Part shown: positions 1 through 9,089 of the stretch, piece by piece
Position numbering within the stretch: the stretch's first letter is position 1
How the letters are laid out: each line of letters starts with the position of its first letter
Origin: an uncultured Gemmatimonadaceae bacterium
GTDB taxonomy: Bacteria; Gemmatimonadota; Gemmatimonadetes; Gemmatimonadales; GWC2-71-9
Reading direction: 5' to 3'
Assembly (NCBI GenBank): GCA_964465315.1
Contig: CAYXIK010000010.1
Location: 10,219 to 74,218, forward strand
Length of the DNA stretch: 64,000 nt
Translations under genes and position numbers: made by a program
Notes under the pieces: generated by a model
The model's database searches: none
Told to the model about the DNA's origin: nothing
What the model saw: only the letters and a program-made list of their open reading frames with translations

Positions 1-1012
1 CCGACCGCATCGCGACCGTCAGCGCGGCAAGGGTCCGCGGGTCGCGCAACCCCGGGGACCCGGCGCCAGCGAGGAGTTCCTCGACCGGCACCCAGTGTAG
101 TGTTTCTTGGGTCGACTGGAGCGCCCCGATCGCCCGCCGCACCTCCCACACCTCGAGCAAGGGTCGCGTGAGGCCAGCCGGGGCCGTGCCGAGGAAGCGC
201 ACCTGTCCGTCCGCGCTGCCGAACGACGCCCGTAAGACTTCCCGGCAACCCTCCTCGCCACCTCCCCTACGCATCGGGAGCGTGAATGAGCCGGACTCGG
301 CGAGCATCGCGACGGCCCCGACCTGGAGCGCGATCACCGCCACCTCGCGTCCGCCCCGCGTGACGTCGGCCAGGCCCTCTGCCTCGAGCTCGCGCAACAG
401 CTTCTCCGCGCGCTCCTGCTTCCCCACGAGCAGCGGGCGCAGGCCGTAGCGTTCTTGAAACGCCTGGGCGAGCCGGTCTAACCGCGGTCGGCCCGCGGCG
501 ACCGGGCGGAGTTTCAGCTCCTGAAACTGCTGCGCGAGGTGGTGGCTTCGCACCGTCACGACGTCGTAGATGATGTCGTGGCGCCCCCAGGAGAACCACG
601 CCGGCTTCGAGCGCCGCACGCGCCGCTCGGTCTCGAATTGGATCCGCGGGAGCAGTTGCCCGGGCTCGATCAACGCCCGCAGGCGGCGCGCCGGGTCAGA
701 CATGCCCGCAATCGCTTGGTCGCCTTCAAGCTCGGGGACTAGGGCCTCGAACCGCTGCGGAAGCATGAGGAGGGCGCCGTCTTCCCAGCGGCCGCCGGTC
801 CGGAGCGTGAGAATACGCCGATCGTCGACGCCGATACGAAACCGGCAGCTGGCGCCGCGCCGGCGCAAAGTCCAGTCGGCCGAATCGAAGTAGATGTCCC
901 GCTGGAAAAACGGCTCCACCGGGCCGGAGCGAAGGCCCAGGGGGAGGGGATCTGCCACCATGCGGTTGAGAAGGTCCAGCGCCGGAACGTCGGCCTTCCA
1001 CTCGGCCAACAT
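1..1012 (-). CDS. CYTH (triphosphate tunnel metalloenzyme) domain protein with C-terminal Nudix-like region; partial, 3' end runs off window
   Basis: Absent from the ORF track because there is no stop inside the window. The reverse frame is open from ATG 1012-1010 to nt 1, with strong GC3 bias. Translation MLAEWKADVPALDLL...FFQRDIYFDSADWTLRRRGASCRFRIG...ILTLRTGG...IQFETERRVRR...IIYDVVTV...ELKL follows the CYTH strand pattern. The start lies 2 nt after the stop of the upstream gene. Confidence 0.6.
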   Translation of the reverse strand, partial: MLAEWKADVPALDLLNRMVADPLPLGLRSGPVEPFFQRDIYFDSADWTLRRRGASCRFRIGVDDRRILTLRTGGRWEDGALLMLPQRFEALVPELEGDQAIAGMSDPARRLRALIEPGQLLPRIQFETERRVRRSKPAWFSWGRHDIIYDVVTVRSHHLAQQFQELKLRPVAAGRPRLDRLAQAFQERYGLRPLLVGKQERAEKLLRELEAEGLADVTRGGREVAVIALQVGAVAMLAESGSFTLPMRRGGGEEGCREVLRASFGSADGQVRFLGTAPAGLTRPLLEVWEVRRAIGALQSTQETLHWVPVEELLAGAGSPGLRDPRTLAALTVAMRS

Positions 1013-1014
1013 CT

Positions 1015-3594
1015 CTAAAACGCGAACCCCGTCCTGATGTACACGCGCGTCCCCTCGACGCTGTGCGCCGCGGCCACGGAAAACGTGTTGGCGCGACTCA
1101 GGAACGACATCCAGAGCCCGCCTCCCGCGGCAGCGTGCCAGCGATCCGAAGTCTGGCCCGAGAAGTACACGCGGCCGGCGTCCCCGAGCCCAAACACTCC
1201 GAGCTCACCTGGAAGCAACAAGAAAAACTTGGTGAGGGAGAGTCGCAGCTCGACGTTCCCGTATACGGCGGCATCGCCCACGAAGCGGTGTTCCACGAAC
1301 CCGCGCACAGTCGTGGCCCCGCCGATGTACGCCGCTTCCTCGAATGGCAAGGGAAGCGTGCTCCAGACCTTTTGCCCGGCGACCCGGACGGCGAGCGTCG
1401 GCCGCAGGGGAGCGTGGAGCATCAGGTACGAGGCCGCCTCGGCGTGGCCCTCGCCGAGCGCCGACGTCAAGCCCAGCGCCTTGGGATAGACACTGCCGCC
1501 GATGCCGAGGGAGATGCCGCGCGTCGCGGCTCGCGGTTGGTCCCGCGTGTCAATGTGAAGGGCCGCCGCGGCACCGACCTGAGCCAGGTCCTTGACGCCG
1601 TAGGGCCGCAGCGTGTTGATGAGGGTGCCCGCTTCGAGGTTAGTGTGAGCGAACTTGAACACCGGGCCGACCGACAGGTTCGTCGACCGCGAGAGGGAGA
1701 ACTGCAGGGCGGGCGCGACCAGATACTGCTGCTGCTTCACCTTGTAGAAATCACTCGAGCCCGTATCGACGGTCTCGTTGCCGAAGCCGTAGAATCGGAG
1801 GACATCGATTCCGGACGCCCGCACGTGGAGCGTCACAACGACGGGAGGTACCAGGCCTCGGAATTCACCGTTGAACTCAGCCCGGCCTGTCTGGGCCGCC
1901 GTCGCGTAGCCGGCGCGCACCCGCACATGGGAGTTGTATGGGAGCCGCCGGAAGTCGTACCCAGTCCCGTCGGCGCCCGCGCCTACGAACAGCCCCAAGT
2001 CCGGCGTATAGCCGGCCCAAGTGAGCGGCATCCAGCGCGAGCCCCAGTCGCGCGGGAGTCCCAGCGTCGAGGTGTCGACCGGTGGCTCCACGTAGCGCGC
2101 TCGGTCCACCGACGTGCCGTGTCCGGTGACGAAGCGGTCCATCCCGCCGTCGTCGTAGAACCGCGTTGTGCCCGCGCGCGCCGAATCCACCAGCTCGTCA
2201 TCCCCACCTCCACCGATCACGAGGACCACCGGCCCCGAACCGTCGGACCCGCGAACGACCGCCCGGTCGTCGCCGCCATGGAGGTACACCCGGATCTCTT
2301 CGGTGTCGTGGTGATCGAACGTGCGCTGGTAGTACGGCGCGCCTCCGGCACGGGGGGACAATCGCACGGAGATGCGTCCGCCGGCGAGGCGCTCGATTTC
2401 CGCGAGGTCCGGCTGGTCCGTTCCGTGGATCTCCACTACCTGGGCGCGGAGCGCGTAGTAGTCGTTCGCGATCTGGGGCAGGTGGTCCCGCCGGCGGCGC
2501 AAGGCGTACGCAAGGGCGGCGCCGTTCTTCCGGAAGTATTCGGGAGGGAGCCGGCGGATGGCCGCATCGATTACTGAGTCGGTCACCCGCGCCTTTATCG
2601 TGCGCGCCACCGAGTCCCACACGGGCTTCTCGAGATCCATAAGCAGCCGCCGGTCCGGCACCTCGCCCGCGTAGGTGAGACGCCAGATGCTCGGATAGTC
2701 GTCGCCGAAGCCAATGAGCTGGGGCCAATAGAAGCCCGTGAGCCATACCAGGAAGCCGTCGAGGCGTGCGAACGCCTGGTCGCGGTCACGCGGTATCGGC
2801 CGCCACCAGCGGATTCCCGCCGAGTCGAACCGCGCCCAGCGCCACTGATCCTGATGCCGGTCCCAGTCGCCGATCAACACGTCCATAAGGCGGGCGGCGA
2901 GGTACGCGCGGGAATCGACGCGGTTGCGCGAGTCGCGCTCCAAGTGTTCGAACAGTTTCTTCGTGCCCGCCAGGTCGGCCGCACCTGACCAGGCAACATC
3001 GTTATCCGGTCCCACAGTGGGACGCTCTTCGATCATGCCGAGCATACCCGCCTTGGCGCAGTCGAACCCCGCCAGACGGCGGTCATCCGGCAGCACGAAG
3101 ATTCGGGGCTCCGCATGCAGGATGCGGGCGGCGTCGAGGAGGGGCGCCACCACGAGGGGGGCGCCCGGGTGAGCGGAGCTGATCTGGTCCTGGATGAGAT
3201 CGCGTACGAACGTGGCCCGCAGCTCTGGAGGCAACGCAAGCGTCGGATCCTTGTCGACCGAGCGGAACACGTATTCCCGCCCGTTCGCCCCGAGAAGCCG
3301 GAGCGACTTAGTCTCGCGGCGGCCGCCGCACAGGCTCGGTGTAAGCCCGCCCGCATAGGTCGTCAGGTCGAGCACTTCGACCCGGAGCGGCGTAGTCCAG
3401 AGGTCGCGGTAGTGCGCGCCGAGCAGGAGGCGGTGAAGCCAACCGGCCTTGTAGTGCGACCCCGCCACTATGTCCACGTTCCGGGGCGAGTCCGCAGGCG
3501 CGCGGGCGGTCTGTGCGGCGAGGGGGCGACCCTGCGGGGAGCGGATCCACAGCGCAAAGAGGGCCGCGAGCCGCAGCCACGCACGGCGCCTCAT
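1015..3594 (-). CDS. Omp85/surface-antigen (D15) outer-membrane beta-barrel protein with large N-terminal kinase-like domain
   Basis: ORF 1015..3774, trimmed to ATG 3594. This gives the signal peptide MRRRAWLRLAALFALW and an ATGA overlap with the upstream stop at 3591. The C-terminus GGATTVRGF...GVFGLGDAGRVYF...YIRTGFAF is typical of D15 barrels. The N-domain contains LIGDWDRHQDQW (nt 2842-2871) and IPRDRDQAF. Confidence 0.75.
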   Translation of the reverse strand: MRRRAWLRLAALFALWIRSPQGRPLAAQTARAPADSPRNVDIVAGSHYKAGWLHRLLLGAHYRDLWTTPLRVEVLDLTTYAGGLTPSLCGGRRETKSLRLLGANGREYVFRSVDKDPTLALPPELRATFVRDLIQDQISSAHPGAPLVVAPLLDAARILHAEPRIFVLPDDRRLAGFDCAKAGMLGMIEERPTVGPDNDVAWSGAADLAGTKKLFEHLERDSRNRVDSRAYLAARLMDVLIGDWDRHQDQWRWARFDSAGIRWWRPIPRDRDQAFARLDGFLVWLTGFYWPQLIGFGDDYPSIWRLTYAGEVPDRRLLMDLEKPVWDSVARTIKARVTDSVIDAAIRRLPPEYFRKNGAALAYALRRRRDHLPQIANDYYALRAQVVEIHGTDQPDLAEIERLAGGRISVRLSPRAGGAPYYQRTFDHHDTEEIRVYLHGGDDRAVVRGSDGSGPVVLVIGGGGDDELVDSARAGTTRFYDDGGMDRFVTGHGTSVDRARYVEPPVDTSTLGLPRDWGSRWMPLTWAGYTPDLGLFVGAGADGTGYDFRRLPYNSHVRVRAGYATAAQTGRAEFNGEFRGLVPPVVVTLHVRASGIDVLRFYGFGNETVDTGSSDFYKVKQQQYLVAPALQFSLSRSTNLSVGPVFKFAHTNLEAGTLINTLRPYGVKDLAQVGAAAALHIDTRDQPRAATRGISLGIGGSVYPKALGLTSALGEGHAEAASYLMLHAPLRPTLAVRVAGQKVWSTLPLPFEEAAYIGGATTVRGFVEHRFVGDAAVYGNVELRLSLTKFFLLLPGELGVFGLGDAGRVYFSGQTSDRWHAAAGGGLWMSFLSRANTFSVAAAHSVEGTRVYIRTGFAF

Positions 3595-4661
3595 TCGCCC
3601 TTGCCCTTTTTCAGACCCCGAAGGGAGCGGTATTCCGCGGCATCGATCGGGGGCGTCCCCTGGCTTTTCAAGGCGTGGAGGAGCGACGCCGCCAGGATCC
3701 CTTCCTTGAGGCGCAGCAGGTATTCGAGCGTCGAGCGCCCAGTCCCCGCTGGCAGTATTTCCGCGAGCCTCCAACGGACCGTCTGCGTCTCCAGGAGTCC
3801 CTCGACGACCCGCTGCGCCGTCTCCGGCTCGGTCGTGTGCACCAGTAGGACACCGTTGAAGCGTTCCCCCTTCTTGTCGTCGGCGCGGGCCACGATGTAC
3901 GCCTGCAGGCGCGCTGCGCGGTCCGCTACCTCCTCGAGCTCACTCGGCGCGAGTGCGGCCAGCAGCTGCGGATCGCCGACGGCCAGTTGCGCGGAGGGAC
4001 GACGACGCGGGCCCAGCAACCCCTCGGCGGGTGGCAGCGCCGGCAACAGGACACCCTGGTCGGCGTAGATGTTGCCGACGTTGAGCTTCCATAACGCGAG
4101 CACCGTCAGGTTGAACACCAGCGACATCACGGCCGCGACCACTGGAACGTAGACACCGGCCGCGAGGCCTACGCCGAGAGCGAGGTAGATGTAGACGACG
4201 TCTTTTGTGTCCTTGAGGGTGTTGCGAAAGCGGATCGCCGCCACTATGCCGCCCAGCGCGAAGGCCAAGGCGAGACTGTTCTGGACGAGGATGAGCGTGC
4301 CCGCCACCGTCATCGGCAACACGATCACGGTCTGCACGACCGACTGGTCGTAGCCGCGTTGCTGCTTCGTGGTCATGTATACCCACGCCGTAGGCAGCAT
4401 CAAGGCCAGAGCCCCGATCATCGAAAACATCGTGATGACGGCGAGCGCCGTGGCGCCCAGGCTTCCGGGCCCGGCACCGCTCGCCGCCGTCTCGAGCGCC
4501 TCCTTCTTACTGACGACGCCGTGCACGGGCGAGAGTTCTTGGAAGCGGGCGAACAGATCGCGTATTTGCGGGAACAACGTGACCAGCACGAGCGTGATCA
4601 GGGCGAGGAGCACGTAGTACGCAACAAGGCGCACGAACGGAGATTTCCAGATCCGCTCCAT
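3591..4661 (-). CDS. DUF4956-family integral membrane protein with ~150 aa cytoplasmic C-terminal extension
   Basis: ORF 3591..4865, trimmed to ATG 4661 (MERIWKSPFVRLVAYYVLLALITLVLV). It has multiple TM helices. The segment ALGGIVAAIRFRNTLKDTKDVVYIYLALGVGLAAG resembles the DUF4956 core (RYRT..I..KEM.YLF). Confidence 0.65.
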   Translation of the reverse strand: MERIWKSPFVRLVAYYVLLALITLVLVTLFPQIRDLFARFQELSPVHGVVSKKEALETAASGAGPGSLGATALAVITMFSMIGALALMLPTAWVYMTTKQQRGYDQSVVQTVIVLPMTVAGTLILVQNSLALAFALGGIVAAIRFRNTLKDTKDVVYIYLALGVGLAAGVYVPVVAAVMSLVFNLTVLALWKLNVGNIYADQGVLLPALPPAEGLLGPRRRPSAQLAVGDPQLLAALAPSELEEVADRAARLQAYIVARADDKKGERFNGVLLVHTTEPETAQRVVEGLLETQTVRWRLAEILPAGTGRSTLEYLLRLKEGILAASLLHALKSQGTPPIDAAEYRSLRGLKKGKGE

Positions 4662-4748
4662 TTTGGTAATAGAAAGGCGCCATCCCCAATTGGCTAGAGT
4701 GGTTTGGCTCGCTTGGCGCGGGAGAAGGGGCAGGCTAAGTTGGCCCTG

Positions 4749-7406
4749 ATGCTCGACGTGCTCGACAAGCTTCGTGAAAGCCTGGCACCCCGCTATGACG
4801 TCGAACGGGAAATCGGCACCGGCGGCATGGCGCGGGTCTACCTCGCCGTAGAGCAGCACCCACATCGCCGTGTGGCGATCAAGGTGCTGGACCCCGAAGT
4901 CTCCACCCGCTTGCTCCGCGAGCGGTTCATTCGCGAGGTGGACCTCTCATCGAACCTCAGTCATCCCCACATCGTACCGATCTTTTCAGCGGGGGAAGCG
5001 GGTGGCCTGTTCTACTACGTCATGCCGTACGTCGAGGGCGAATCGCTGCGGCACCGCCTGTTGCGACAGCGCAGGCTGCCCCTGGACGATGCGCTCTACA
5101 TCGCCGGCGACGTCGCCGACGCGCTCGGCTTCGCCCACGGCCAGGGGATCATCCACCGCGACATCAAACCCGAGAACATCCTGCTGTCGGGCACTCACGC
5201 GATCGTCGCCGATTTCGGCATTGCCCGCGCCATCAGCGCCGCGGGGAGCCTGACGCTTACCCAGGCCGGCCAGACGGTCGGGTCACCAGGGTACATGAGT
5301 CCGGAACAGGCCATGGCCACCGGCGATCTCGACGCGCGCACGGACATCTACAGCCTGGGCTGTGTGGTGTTCGAGATGCTGGCGGGGGAGCCTCCGGCCG
5401 CGAGCATGACCGAGCGCCGGATCCACAACTGGACCGCCCTCGAAACCAGCGCGGCGATGCGGCGCGCCGAGGCCGGAACAGTGCGGGCGGTGAAACACGC
5501 CATTTCCCGGGCATTGGCGCCGCTGCCCGATGATCGATTCCCCACGGTCGCCGAGTTTGCAACCGCCTTAGGAGGAACGGCGCATCGGATCAGTGTGCCG
5601 AGCCGCGGCATCCTCGCCGGTCGCCGGGGGCGGCGAATCGCGTTTGGCGCAGGGATCGCGGTCGCCCTCCTCGGCACGGGCACGGCAGTCCAGGTGCTCC
5701 GCAATCACGGCCCGCGGCTCAACGAGCGACGGGTCGTGGTCGCCGTGATCGAAAACCATACCGGGGACCCCACGCTCGACAACATCGGGCACATGGCGGC
5801 GGATTGGGTCACGCAGGGGCTCGCCCAAACGGGCCTCGTGGAGGTCGTGCCGTCGGTGTCGGTGTTGAGCTCGTCACGCGCTCCGGCGGGGCACGGCGCC
5901 GGACACCTCGATGCCGTGGGGATCCGGAGTCTGGGGCGCGAGACGGGTGCCGGCACCGTGGTGTCGGGCGCCTACTATCATCAGGCGGACAGCATCCGGT
6001 TCCAAGTCCAGATCTCCGCGTCAGGCGACGGCACGGTGTTGCGCGCGCTCGACCCAGTGGCGGCACCGATCTCACAGCCGCTCACCGCCGTGGAAGCCTT
6101 ACGCCAGCGAGTGATGGCCGCACTCGCGACGCTCTTCGACCAGCGCCTGAGCTTCTGGGCAAAGACGGCAGGTCAGCCTCCCAGCTTCGCCGCGTACCAG
6201 GAGTTCATCCAAGGGCTCGACCGGATGGTGCAGTTCGACTCACGTGGCGCCATCGGTCACTTCCGGCGCGCCGCGTTGCAGGACACGACCTTCAAGCTGC
6301 CCTTGATCTTCGCCGCGCACGAGCACATGGACTTGGGCGAGTTCGCCACCGCCGACTCGATCGCGCACGCGGTCGACCGCTCTCCGGGTCCCCTGTCCCC
6401 GCTCGACCGGCACTACCTGACGTGGGTGCTCGCGGAGACGGGGGGCGACCGGCAACGATCGCTCGAGACGGCGCGTGAGATGGTGGCGATCGCGCCAAAT
6501 TCCGAAACGCTGTGGCTGGTGGCGCAGTGTGCCCTCGCGCTCAATCGTCCTCGGGAGATGGCGGATGCGCTGACGACGCTCGGGCCCGACCGCGGCCTGT
6601 TCCGGGGCTGGTCCGTCTATTGGTTCTACTTGTCCTTCGCCCATCACCTGATGGGCGATTACCACCGCGAGCTGAAAGTAGCGCTCGAAGGGAGGCGGCG
6701 TCATCCGGACGAACTGACGGTACTCGCGGCGGAAGTGAGGGCGCTCGCCGCGCTGGGCCGGACCGCCGACATCAACGAGCGCCTGACCGAGGCGCCGAGC
6801 CTCCCACCACAGCCGGGCTGGTCTCCCGCCGACATCGCCCTGCTCGCCGCGTTCGAGCTGGCAGCCCACGATCACCGCGCGGACGCCCCGGGCGCGAGTC
6901 GCTGGGCTGTGCATTGGCTGGAAGGACGGCATGCCGCCGAAGGGCGATCAATCGCAAACCGTTTCCGTCTCGCCATCGCGCACTACCTCAGCGGGGAGCT
7001 CGAGACGACGCGAGGTCTGCTGGAGGGACTCGTTCAGGAGAAGGCAGTCGAGGCACGCGATTCCGCCAACCTGCGATGGTTCTCCGCCATCACGGGTGAT
7101 CTGCCCGATCATCTGACTTTCCTCGGCTTTCTCGGAGTGGTGGAGGCGCGCGAGGGGAAGCGCGAGGACGCGCTACGCATCGACCGGGAGCTTCAGGCCA
7201 TGAGCCCACGGTATCGGTACGGCCGGCACACGATGTGGCGCGCCCGGATCCACGCCGTTATCGGCAAGCCTGACTCGGCCGTGGCGCTAGTGGAGGAGGC
7301 GTTCGCTCAGGGGTATCCGCGGGGCGGGGTCATGCACCTCTACCCCTCGCTCGCGTCGCTGCGTGACGACCCAGCCTATCAGGAGCTGCTCAAGCCCAAG
7401 GAGTAA
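4749..7406 (+). CDS. Ser/Thr protein kinase with one TM helix and large TPR-like extracytoplasmic domain
   Basis: ORF 4704..7406. Hanks kinase motifs are present: GTGGMARVYLA, AIKVL, HRDIKPENILL, DFGIA, GSPGYMSPEQ. The TM helix is IAFGAGIAVALLGTGTAVQVL. ATG 4749 is preferred over TTG 4704, but the start is uncertain. Confidence 0.85.
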   Translation: MLDVLDKLRESLAPRYDVEREIGTGGMARVYLAVEQHPHRRVAIKVLDPEVSTRLLRERFIREVDLSSNLSHPHIVPIFSAGEAGGLFYYVMPYVEGESLRHRLLRQRRLPLDDALYIAGDVADALGFAHGQGIIHRDIKPENILLSGTHAIVADFGIARAISAAGSLTLTQAGQTVGSPGYMSPEQAMATGDLDARTDIYSLGCVVFEMLAGEPPAASMTERRIHNWTALETSAAMRRAEAGTVRAVKHAISRALAPLPDDRFPTVAEFATALGGTAHRISVPSRGILAGRRGRRIAFGAGIAVALLGTGTAVQVLRNHGPRLNERRVVVAVIENHTGDPTLDNIGHMAADWVTQGLAQTGLVEVVPSVSVLSSSRAPAGHGAGHLDAVGIRSLGRETGAGTVVSGAYYHQADSIRFQVQISASGDGTVLRALDPVAAPISQPLTAVEALRQRVMAALATLFDQRLSFWAKTAGQPPSFAAYQEFIQGLDRMVQFDSRGAIGHFRRAALQDTTFKLPLIFAAHEHMDLGEFATADSIAHAVDRSPGPLSPLDRHYLTWVLAETGGDRQRSLETAREMVAIAPNSETLWLVAQCALALNRPREMADALTTLGPDRGLFRGWSVYWFYLSFAHHLMGDYHRELKVALEGRRRHPDELTVLAAEVRALAALGRTADINERLTEAPSLPPQPGWSPADIALLAAFELAAHDHRADAPGASRWAVHWLEGRHAAEGRSIANRFRLAIAHYLSGELETTRGLLEGLVQEKAVEARDSANLRWFSAITGDLPDHLTFLGFLGVVEAREGKREDALRIDRELQAMSPRYRYGRHTMWRARIHAVIGKPDSAVALVEEAFAQGYPRGGVMHLYPSLASLRDDPAYQELLKPKE

Positions 7407-7459
7407 TCGTAGACAAGGATACGGACGTCCTCGTCGTCGGTGCAGGCCCCACCGGGCTG

Positions 7460-8989
7460 ATGCTCGCGAATCAGCTCGCCCGACGAGGCGTGCGGATGCA
7501 AATCATCGATCGACACGCCGGCCCGGCGCGCGAGTCGAGGGCGCTCGGCGTGCAGGCCCGCACCCTGGAGATTTACTCACACTTGGGGATCGCCGACCAG
7601 GCCGTCGCCCTCGGGAAAAAAGCCGACGGCGCCGTCCTGTGGGCAGAGGGCCGGCGGGCCGCGCGCGTTCCGCTGGGGGACATCGGGCGGGACGTCAGCC
7701 CGTATCCCTATCTGCTGGTCCTGGGGCAAGACGACAACGAGCGGTTGCTGGGAGGCGCGCTGCGCGCCCGCGGCCTCGGCGTACAGTGGAACACCGAGCT
7801 GGTAGGCCTCGCGCAGGACACCGATCACGTGACGGCGACGCTCAAGAACTCGGACGGTACGAAGAGCGAGGTGAGGGTCCCCTGGCTCGCCGGCTGCGAC
7901 GGGGCGCGCAGCACGGTGCGCGAGCTCAACGGGATCGCGTTCGAGGGCGCGCCCTACCAACACGTGTTCTTCGTCGCCGATGTGCAGATGACGGGATCGA
8001 TGGCACCCGACGTGCTCAACGTGTATCTGTGGCGCACGGGATTTCACTTGCTCTTCCCGATGCGGGGGACCGATCATTGGCGGATCGTCGGCATCCTGCC
8101 CCCTCACCTGCGGGGGCGAGACGACCTCACGTTCGAGGAAACCCTTCCCACGCTGCGCCGCGAAGTGGGTGATGAGCTTTCATTCCAGGCGTGCAACTGG
8201 TACTCCGCCTACCGCATCTATCACCGCCGCGCGGCCCGGTTTCACGACCGCCGCTGTTTTCTGCTCGGGGACGCGGCGCACATCCACAGTCCGGTAGGAG
8301 GGCAGGGCATGAACACCGGCCTGCAGGATGCGTACAATCTTGGCTGGAAGCTCGCCCTCGTCGTGTCGGGACGCGCGGGGGTGGACCTGCTCCACTCCTA
8401 TGAGGACGAGCGCCTCCCCGTCGCCAACCACCTCCTGAAACGCACCGACCGGTTGTTTTCGCTCGTGGTCTCCGACAGCTGGCTGGCGGGGTTCGTCCGT
8501 ACGCGGGTTTGGCCGAAGATCATGGGGTTCGCCCTGCGCACCGCCCCGGCGCAACGAATCCTCTTTCGCACCATATCTCAGACTGGCATTCGGTATCGGA
8601 CCAGTCCCCTCTCGGAGGCACTGGCGGGTCTGCCTGAAGCCGGCCCGCGCCCCGGTGATCGTTTCCCGTGGCTGCGACTCACGTTTCGGCGGAATGGTGC
8701 CTCCGAGGACCTGTTCGCAAAACTCGACGATACGCGATTCAATCTGATCGTGATCGGGCAAAATGCCCCGCCGGGTGGAATCCCGGAGCTCGGCGACTTG
8801 TTGCGCGTCCACGAGGTTCCGAGCGATCCTGTCAACGACCGGGAGCTCGCCCGTGCGAGGATCCCCCGCGTCTCTTTTTACCTGCTGCGTCCCGACGGCC
8901 ATGTCGGGCTGGCGGGGACACAGTTCGAAGCCGGGAGTGCGACCCGCTATCTCTCCGAGCGCGTTCGCCTTGGAGGTAGCCGCGGGTAA
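7460..8989 (+). CDS. FAD-dependent aromatic-ring monooxygenase (PheA/TfdB-like); true start probably upstream of 7460
   Basis: ORF 7460..8989. Motifs seen include GCDGARSTVR and LLGDAAHIHSPVGGQGMNTGLQDAYNLGWKL (FAD-binding GD motif). The Rossmann motif DVLVVGAGPTGL is encoded in frame at 7424-7459, before the first ATG/GTG/TTG (see findings). Confidence 0.85.
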   Translation: MLANQLARRGVRMQIIDRHAGPARESRALGVQARTLEIYSHLGIADQAVALGKKADGAVLWAEGRRAARVPLGDIGRDVSPYPYLLVLGQDDNERLLGGALRARGLGVQWNTELVGLAQDTDHVTATLKNSDGTKSEVRVPWLAGCDGARSTVRELNGIAFEGAPYQHVFFVADVQMTGSMAPDVLNVYLWRTGFHLLFPMRGTDHWRIVGILPPHLRGRDDLTFEETLPTLRREVGDELSFQACNWYSAYRIYHRRAARFHDRRCFLLGDAAHIHSPVGGQGMNTGLQDAYNLGWKLALVVSGRAGVDLLHSYEDERLPVANHLLKRTDRLFSLVVSDSWLAGFVRTRVWPKIMGFALRTAPAQRILFRTISQTGIRYRTSPLSEALAGLPEAGPRPGDRFPWLRLTFRRNGASEDLFAKLDDTRFNLIVIGQNAPPGGIPELGDLLRVHEVPSDPVNDRELARARIPRVSFYLLRPDGHVGLAGTQFEAGSATRYLSERVRLGGSRG

Positions 8990-9089
8990 GGGGTGCCCCG
9001 TCCCGGGCTCGTTCCACACCAGAAACAATCGGAGACACGCCTCGTAGAAGGGATGACGAACCACCATCCTTTCGTGGAGCCGTCCCGAG

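Noticed and set aside
19-1001. Six short track ORFs (19..261-, 168..449+, 267..599-, 539..742+, 570..893+, 726..1001-) at the window start
   Set aside because: Their translations are Arg/Pro/Gly-rich and low in complexity. One reverse frame is open across the entire 1..1012 interval and encodes a CYTH-like protein with coding GC3 bias. The listed ORFs are off-frame or antisense shadows of it.
1063-2577. 504-aa plus-strand ORF antisense to the Omp85-like gene
   Set aside because: This is a typical high-GC antisense shadow ORF with an Arg/Gly/Pro-rich translation and no motifs. The opposite strand has clear Omp85 barrel motifs.
7363-8172. 269-aa ORF overlapping the kinase end and the monooxygenase
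   Set aside because: Its translation is Arg-rich and low in complexity, in a frame different from the monooxygenase, which has clear FAD-binding motifs.
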